Positions 30,816 through 34,435 of a stretch of 34,435 nt of DNA are shown one piece after another. This DNA is from Rhodobacterales bacterium. GTDB taxonomy: Bacteria; Pseudomonadota; Alphaproteobacteria; Rhodospirillales; JACKKN01. A program made the translations under genes and the position numbers. Location of the stretch: positions 1 through 34,435 of the forward strand of contig JAGREA010000296.1 in NCBI GenBank assembly GCA_020446745.1, read 5' to 3'. Under the pieces are notes generated by a model. That model searched no databases, was not told where the DNA came from, and saw nothing but the letters and a program-made list of their open reading frames with translations. Position 1 is the first letter of the stretch; each line of letters begins with the position of its first letter.

Positions 30816-31550
30816 CTACTTCTTGCCCGACGCGCGCTCCACCTGTGACAGGTAGTCGGCCAACTGGGCGATGTCGTCGTCGCTGGCCTTCTTGATCATG
30901 GGGTACATGGCCTTGACCTTGCCGTTGGTGCGCTTTTTATCGCGAATGTCGGTCATTTGTGCCACGAGATATGCGCGCTTCTGCCCCGCGATATAGGGAT
31001 AGCCCTTCAGGGGCTTGTTGCCGTCCTTGCCGTGGCAGGTGCGGCATTTCATCTTCGCGTACAGCTTTTCGCCGGCGGCGACGTTGTTCGGGTCCAGCGG
31101 GGTTTCCGGCGCCGCCAGCTTGGCCGGTTCCAGGCTGGCCAGCCAGTCGGCGATGGTCTTGATCGTTTCCTTGTCCAGGCGGGGCTGGCCCTCGGGCGTC
31201 ACCAGGGCGCCGCGCATGCCCTGGGCCCGGGGGTTGCCCGTGGCGTCGGGCGAGCCGGTGCGCTTGCCCTCCATGATGTCCTCGATCTGGGCGATGATGT
31301 ACTTCTCGTCCTGCCCCGCCACGTTGGGATAGTCCATGATGGCCATGGCCCCGTCGCGGCCGTGGCAGGCGATGCAGGTGTTGCGCATGTACAGCCGCTT
31401 GCCCGGGTGGCGCTTCGGCTTCTGCTCGGCCTGGGCCACCTGCGCGTGGCCCGACAGGCCCTGGGCGGCGGCGGGGATCGCGGCGACCGGGCCGGCAATG
31501 GCCAGGGTCAGGCCGGCGGCCAGGGCGATCTGCGTCACGCGATGGAACAT
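30816..31550 (-). CDS. Dihaem c-type cytochrome (NosC-like position)
   Basis: 244 aa. Signal peptide, CIACH and CRTCH. GAGGT Shine-Dalgarno. Confidence 0.85.
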   Translation of the reverse strand: MFHRVTQIALAAGLTLAIAGPVAAIPAAAQGLSGHAQVAQAEQKPKRHPGKRLYMRNTCIACHGRDGAMAIMDYPNVAGQDEKYIIAQIEDIMEGKRTGSPDATGNPRAQGMRGALVTPEGQPRLDKETIKTIADWLASLEPAKLAAPETPLDPNNVAAGEKLYAKMKCRTCHGKDGNKPLKGYPYIAGQKRAYLVAQMTDIRDKKRTNGKVKAMYPMIKKASDDDIAQLADYLSQVERASGKK

Positions 31551-31591
31551 GGGTACCTCACGGCTTCAGGAACAAAAGGGATAAAGGGAGA

Positions 31592-31614
31592 GGACGGCGG
31601 CCGGGCCGCCGCCC
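31592..31614 (-). terminator. Possible leaky terminator/attenuator hairpin just after nosZ
   Basis: GC stem (31595-31600 pairs with 31606-31611, plus 2 outer pairs). In transcript sense it is followed by CTCCCTTTATCCCTTTTGTT. Confidence 0.3.
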
Positions 31615-31635
31615 CCTCCAATGGCCGCACGGTGG

Positions 31636-33930
31636 TTACTTGACCTTCTTGGCCCCGTGCTGCTCCAGGTACGTCTTGGCGCGCAGACCGATGTCCGCGG
31701 CCTTCACCTGGTACTGCCACCACTGGCCGGCCCACAGGGTGGCGTTTTGCCAATCCTGACTGGCCGCGAAGTCCTCGGCCTTCTTCTTCGCGTCGGCGGC
31801 GAAGTTCAGCTGGTCGGTGGCGTCTTCCACCAGGGCCACCACAGGCGCGAAGTCCTGGTAGTTGGTGCTGGTGATGTAGGCGACAACGCTGTCGATGACG
31901 GCCTGGGTTTCCAGGTTGGTCTTGTGCTGCTTGTCATAGTCGGCCTTGCCGTAGACGGTGCCTTCGGCACCCTTCGCAGCGACGGCCTTGTAGCCCTTGG
32001 GCTTGACCAGCAGGTAGCCCTGCATTTCCAGGTGCAGCGCCGAGCAGAACTCGGTGCAGTAGTACGGGAAGACACCCGCCTTGTCGGCCGTGAAGGTGGC
32101 CGAGGCGGTCTTGCCCGGTTCCAGCGACAGGTTGACGTTGGTGCCGTAGATGGCGAAGCCGTGGGTTTCGTCCTCGGCCCGCTCCAGGTTGGTCAGGTGG
32201 ATGGAGACGGTATCCCCTTCCTCGACCTCGATGATCTCCGGCGTGATGTGCGAGCGGATGGTGGTGCCGTAGACGTGGACCACGTTGCCTTCGCGTTCGA
32301 CCTTCTCGCGGCCCGGACGGGTGCGATAGTCGGACCGCTTGTCCTCGCGGCTGTTCCAGCCGGACTTGTAGCGGATGCCGGGCTTCAGCTTGTCGGCCGA
32401 GATGGCCACGGCGTAGTGCGGCTCGCCCAGGGGCAGCGGCATGTCGTACAACAGTTCCATCTTGTCACCGGAAATGTCGATGAGCTGATGGTTCTGCGGG
32501 TGCAGCGGGCCGACCGGGTTGAAGCGGTCGATGGCCAGCTTGTTCAGCGACACCAGGTACTTGCCGGCGGGCTTGGTGGAATCCCCTTCCATGGTCATCA
32601 GGTGACCGATGTTGTAGTGGATGGAGATCTTGTCCAGCACCTTGCCTTCGCAGTAGTCCCACTTGGTGACCTGGCTGTCCACGTAGATCGAGGTGTAGAC
32701 GACGCAGGGGGTGGAATCATACTGCGTGTGCAGCGGGCCCAGGCCCACCTGCACCTGGGTGTGCAGGGACTTCTTCAGGTCCAGGATCGGAATGCCGTAG
32801 GCATCCTTGTCGGCGAAGTCCTTGGCGTTGATCAGGCCCATCAGCTTGTCGAAGCTGTACACCGAGGCGTGGCTGTCCAGCTTGCCGGACACGATGAGGA
32901 ACTTGCCATCGGGCGACACGTCGATGCCGTGGGGCGACTTGGGCTCGGGAACCAGGAACAGCAGGCCTTCGGCCACCGCCGTGTCGATGGTGATCACGTC
33001 ATGGCCGTTGATCTTGGTGGCCTTGCCGGCGGCCACCACTTCGGCGGCCTTCTTCCAGTTGATGATGTGCAGGAAGTCCGTGTCCTTCTGCGAGCAGCCG
33101 GCCTCGAACGGCGGGCGGCCCCGCTCGATCCCGCCCACGTAGCGTTCCGAGCAGAAGGAGTTGGTGAACGACCAGCCGTCGGACGGGCCCTTGCCGAAGT
33201 CGGACAGGTCCTGGCTGTAGGGCGGCAGTTCGACGGAGAAGCTCTGCTCGGGCACGATGCGGCCCTTGGCGCGGTCGAACTTCCAATAGGTCACGGCGCC
33301 GCGGTACTTGTCGTTGAATTCCTCCAGCGGCACGAAATCCTTGCTAAAGGGCGCGGCGTACTGGGTGGCCTCGATCACGTAGTCGGTGTTGGGGGTGACG
33401 AAGGCGCCACCGTGTTCCGATTTCATGATCGGGTTGACGACGATCTGCTTGGTCTCGAAATCGTGCAGGTCGATGACGGCGATGCGCGGGTTGTTCTTGT
33501 CGTTGATGAACAGGAACTGGCCGTCGTATTCGCCGTTGGTTTCGGAAATCGCCGGATGGTGCGTATCACCAAACAGGATGTCCTTGCCGTTGACCCGACC
33601 CTGGGCCAGCACGGCCTTGGATTCGTCGTCGAAGCCGTAGCCCTGCCAGGGCTCGGGCGTGAACACGGCGACGTACTTGAGGATCCGCATGGACGGAACC
33701 CCGTAGACGATGATCTGACCGCTCTGGCCGCCCGAGCTGAAGGCGATGAATTCATCGCGCTTGCCGGTGGGCACGTAGGTCTTGGCCGCGGACAGAACGT
33801 CCTTTTGCGTCAGACCGCGACGCTTCATCACGTCATCGAGGGACTCCGCCGCCCAGGCCGCGCCGGCGGCGGACATGCCAATGCCCACGGCGGTGCAGAG
33901 GGAAACGAAGCTTTTGGTTGTGACCTTCAT
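31636..33930 (-). CDS. nosZ: Nitrous-oxide reductase NosZ, Sec-dependent (clade II) type
   Basis: 764 aa from the ATG at 33930. Sec-type signal MKVTTKSFVSLCTAVGIGMSAAGAAWA with no twin-arginine. GDTHHP CuZ histidines. C-terminal CuA site HGF...CTEFCSALHLEM. Confidence 0.95.
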   Translation of the reverse strand: MKVTTKSFVSLCTAVGIGMSAAGAAWAAESLDDVMKRRGLTQKDVLSAAKTYVPTGKRDEFIAFSSGGQSGQIIVYGVPSMRILKYVAVFTPEPWQGYGFDDESKAVLAQGRVNGKDILFGDTHHPAISETNGEYDGQFLFINDKNNPRIAVIDLHDFETKQIVVNPIMKSEHGGAFVTPNTDYVIEATQYAAPFSKDFVPLEEFNDKYRGAVTYWKFDRAKGRIVPEQSFSVELPPYSQDLSDFGKGPSDGWSFTNSFCSERYVGGIERGRPPFEAGCSQKDTDFLHIINWKKAAEVVAAGKATKINGHDVITIDTAVAEGLLFLVPEPKSPHGIDVSPDGKFLIVSGKLDSHASVYSFDKLMGLINAKDFADKDAYGIPILDLKKSLHTQVQVGLGPLHTQYDSTPCVVYTSIYVDSQVTKWDYCEGKVLDKISIHYNIGHLMTMEGDSTKPAGKYLVSLNKLAIDRFNPVGPLHPQNHQLIDISGDKMELLYDMPLPLGEPHYAVAISADKLKPGIRYKSGWNSREDKRSDYRTRPGREKVEREGNVVHVYGTTIRSHITPEIIEVEEGDTVSIHLTNLERAEDETHGFAIYGTNVNLSLEPGKTASATFTADKAGVFPYYCTEFCSALHLEMQGYLLVKPKGYKAVAAKGAEGTVYGKADYDKQHKTNLETQAVIDSVVAYITSTNYQDFAPVVALVEDATDQLNFAADAKKKAEDFAASQDWQNATLWAGQWWQYQVKAADIGLRAKTYLEQHGAKKVK

Positions 33931-34030
33931 AGAATGGCCCCCTTCCGAGTTTCCTTGAAAGGCAACCGGGCAAGATGACCCCAAGCCCGGCACCGGTGGC
34001 ACGGCCGCGCCAAAAAGCGACACGCGCCAT

Positions 34031-34061
34031 CCGTTCCGTGTGATGACCCCACGCGGAACGG
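34031..34061. promoter_or_regulatory. 12-bp-arm inverted repeat in the nosZ upstream/leader region
   Basis: CCGTTCCGTGTG-atgaccc-CACGCGGAACGG with one non-Watson-Crick position, 100-130 bp upstream of the nosZ ATG. Confidence 0.3.
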
Positions 34062-34098
34062 ACTGTGGCCATGCTAGTCTTGGGGGCCCCAATCCACA

Positions 34099-34112
34099 TT
34101 GACCTTGGTTAA
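34099..34112. promoter_or_regulatory. FNR/Dnr/NnrR-type box candidate (TTGAC-N4-GTTAA)
   Basis: It matches TTGA(T/C)-N4-(A/G)TCAA at 9 of 10 positions, about 170 bp upstream of the nosZ ATG. Confidence 0.35.
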
Positions 34113-34243
34113 GGCCACACCCCCTTATACGGGCCTGGAAGCGGTTTCCGGCGCTTTTCCCGCCACCGCCGCAACCCCCGGTGCAGGGGCGGGAATCGCC
34201 ACGCCCGCCAAGGACGCGGCGGGCGGCCTAAATCCTTGAACGG

Positions 34244-34435
34244 TTAGGGATTAAGGAGATTCGCCGGGGCCACCGGGATCTGGGCCGGCGTCGCCGTTCC
34301 CGGCGGCCGCAGCAGGCCGGCCCAGGGGGCGGTGTCGATGCGCACCCGGGCCCCCTGCCCCACCCGTTCCGCCGCCAGGGGCCCGTCGGGCCGCAGGTCG
34401 GCCCGGACGCGGCCGTCGGCCAGGGGGCGCAGGGC
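34244..34435 (-). CDS. 3' end of an unidentified CDS running off the window (63 C-terminal codons)
   Basis: Own translation of the reverse strand: ALRPLADGRVRADLRPDGPLAAERVGQGARVRIDTAPWAGLLRPPGTATPAQIPVAPANLLNP*. Third positions are almost all G/C. TAA stop at 34244-34246. Not in the ORF track because there is no in-window start. Confidence 0.4.
   Translation of the reverse strand, partial: ALRPLADGRVRADLRPDGPLAAERVGQGARVRIDTAPWAGLLRPPGTATPAQIPVAPANLLNP

Noticed and set aside
31621-33978. 785-aa + strand ORF antisense to nosZ
   Set aside because: nosZ on the minus strand is unambiguous (CuZ and CuA motifs). The + strand translation is V/G/D/L/H-rich with no motif.
33931-34092. 54-codon upstream extension of the nosZ ORF
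   Set aside because: The Sec signal peptide begins at the internal ATG at 33930, which has a purine-rich ribosome-binding region. The extension has no signal-peptide character.
1-34435. Genomic island, prophage or mobile element signatures
   Set aside because: I recognised no integrase, transposase, tRNA attachment site or phage genes. Composition looks uniformly GC-rich except for short AT-rich promoter islands. A quantitative GC/codon-usage scan was not possible here.

Overview
This is a very GC-rich, densely coding chromosomal segment. Codon third positions are almost all G/C. Gene content looks alphaproteobacterial and Rhodospirillales-like, but the taxon is inference only. I support about 37 CDS. 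I found no rRNA, tRNA, CRISPR array, transposase, integrase or recognisable defence genes.

Layout:
- 1-5.7 kb: small regulator/effector pairs. These are a DMT transporter plus nitroreductase opposite a MarR gene, a LysR gene opposite a DsrC/TusE-like gene, and a MarR gene opposite a cysteine-synthase-family gene.
- 5.8-7.2 kb: a truncated haemoglobin translationally coupled to a PAS/class III nucleotide cyclase.
- 7.3-14.2 kb: housekeeping genes (rsmD, rluB, a C26 amidotransferase, tadA, DUF1244, purD, xseA, an M23 peptidase).
- 14.3-19.8 kb: a stand-alone small secreted peptide gene, an SGNH hydrolase, and an uncharacterised three-gene envelope operon (FecR-domain protein, periplasmic protein, beta-barrel with a C-terminal extra domain).
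- 20-22.1 kb: an FGE-fold protein lacking the catalytic cysteines, coupled to SCO1/SenC.
- 22.6-33.9 kb: a complete Sec-type (clade II) nitrous-oxide reductase cluster. The order is nosZ, two dihaem cytochromes c, nosB, nosD, nosG, nosH, nosF, nosL, nosY, then a third dihaem cytochrome c. There is no nosR or nosX.

Two families of structured intergenic repeats are present, each in two copies.

The best candidates for undescribed biology are:
- the FecR/periplasmic/beta-barrel triad;
- the FGE-like/SCO pair next to nos;
- the split globin-cyclase pair;
- the Cys-less DsrC-like gene under a LysR box.

All product calls rest on motifs read by eye from the supplied translations. No database search was run, and start codons are uncertain by a few codons in several genes.
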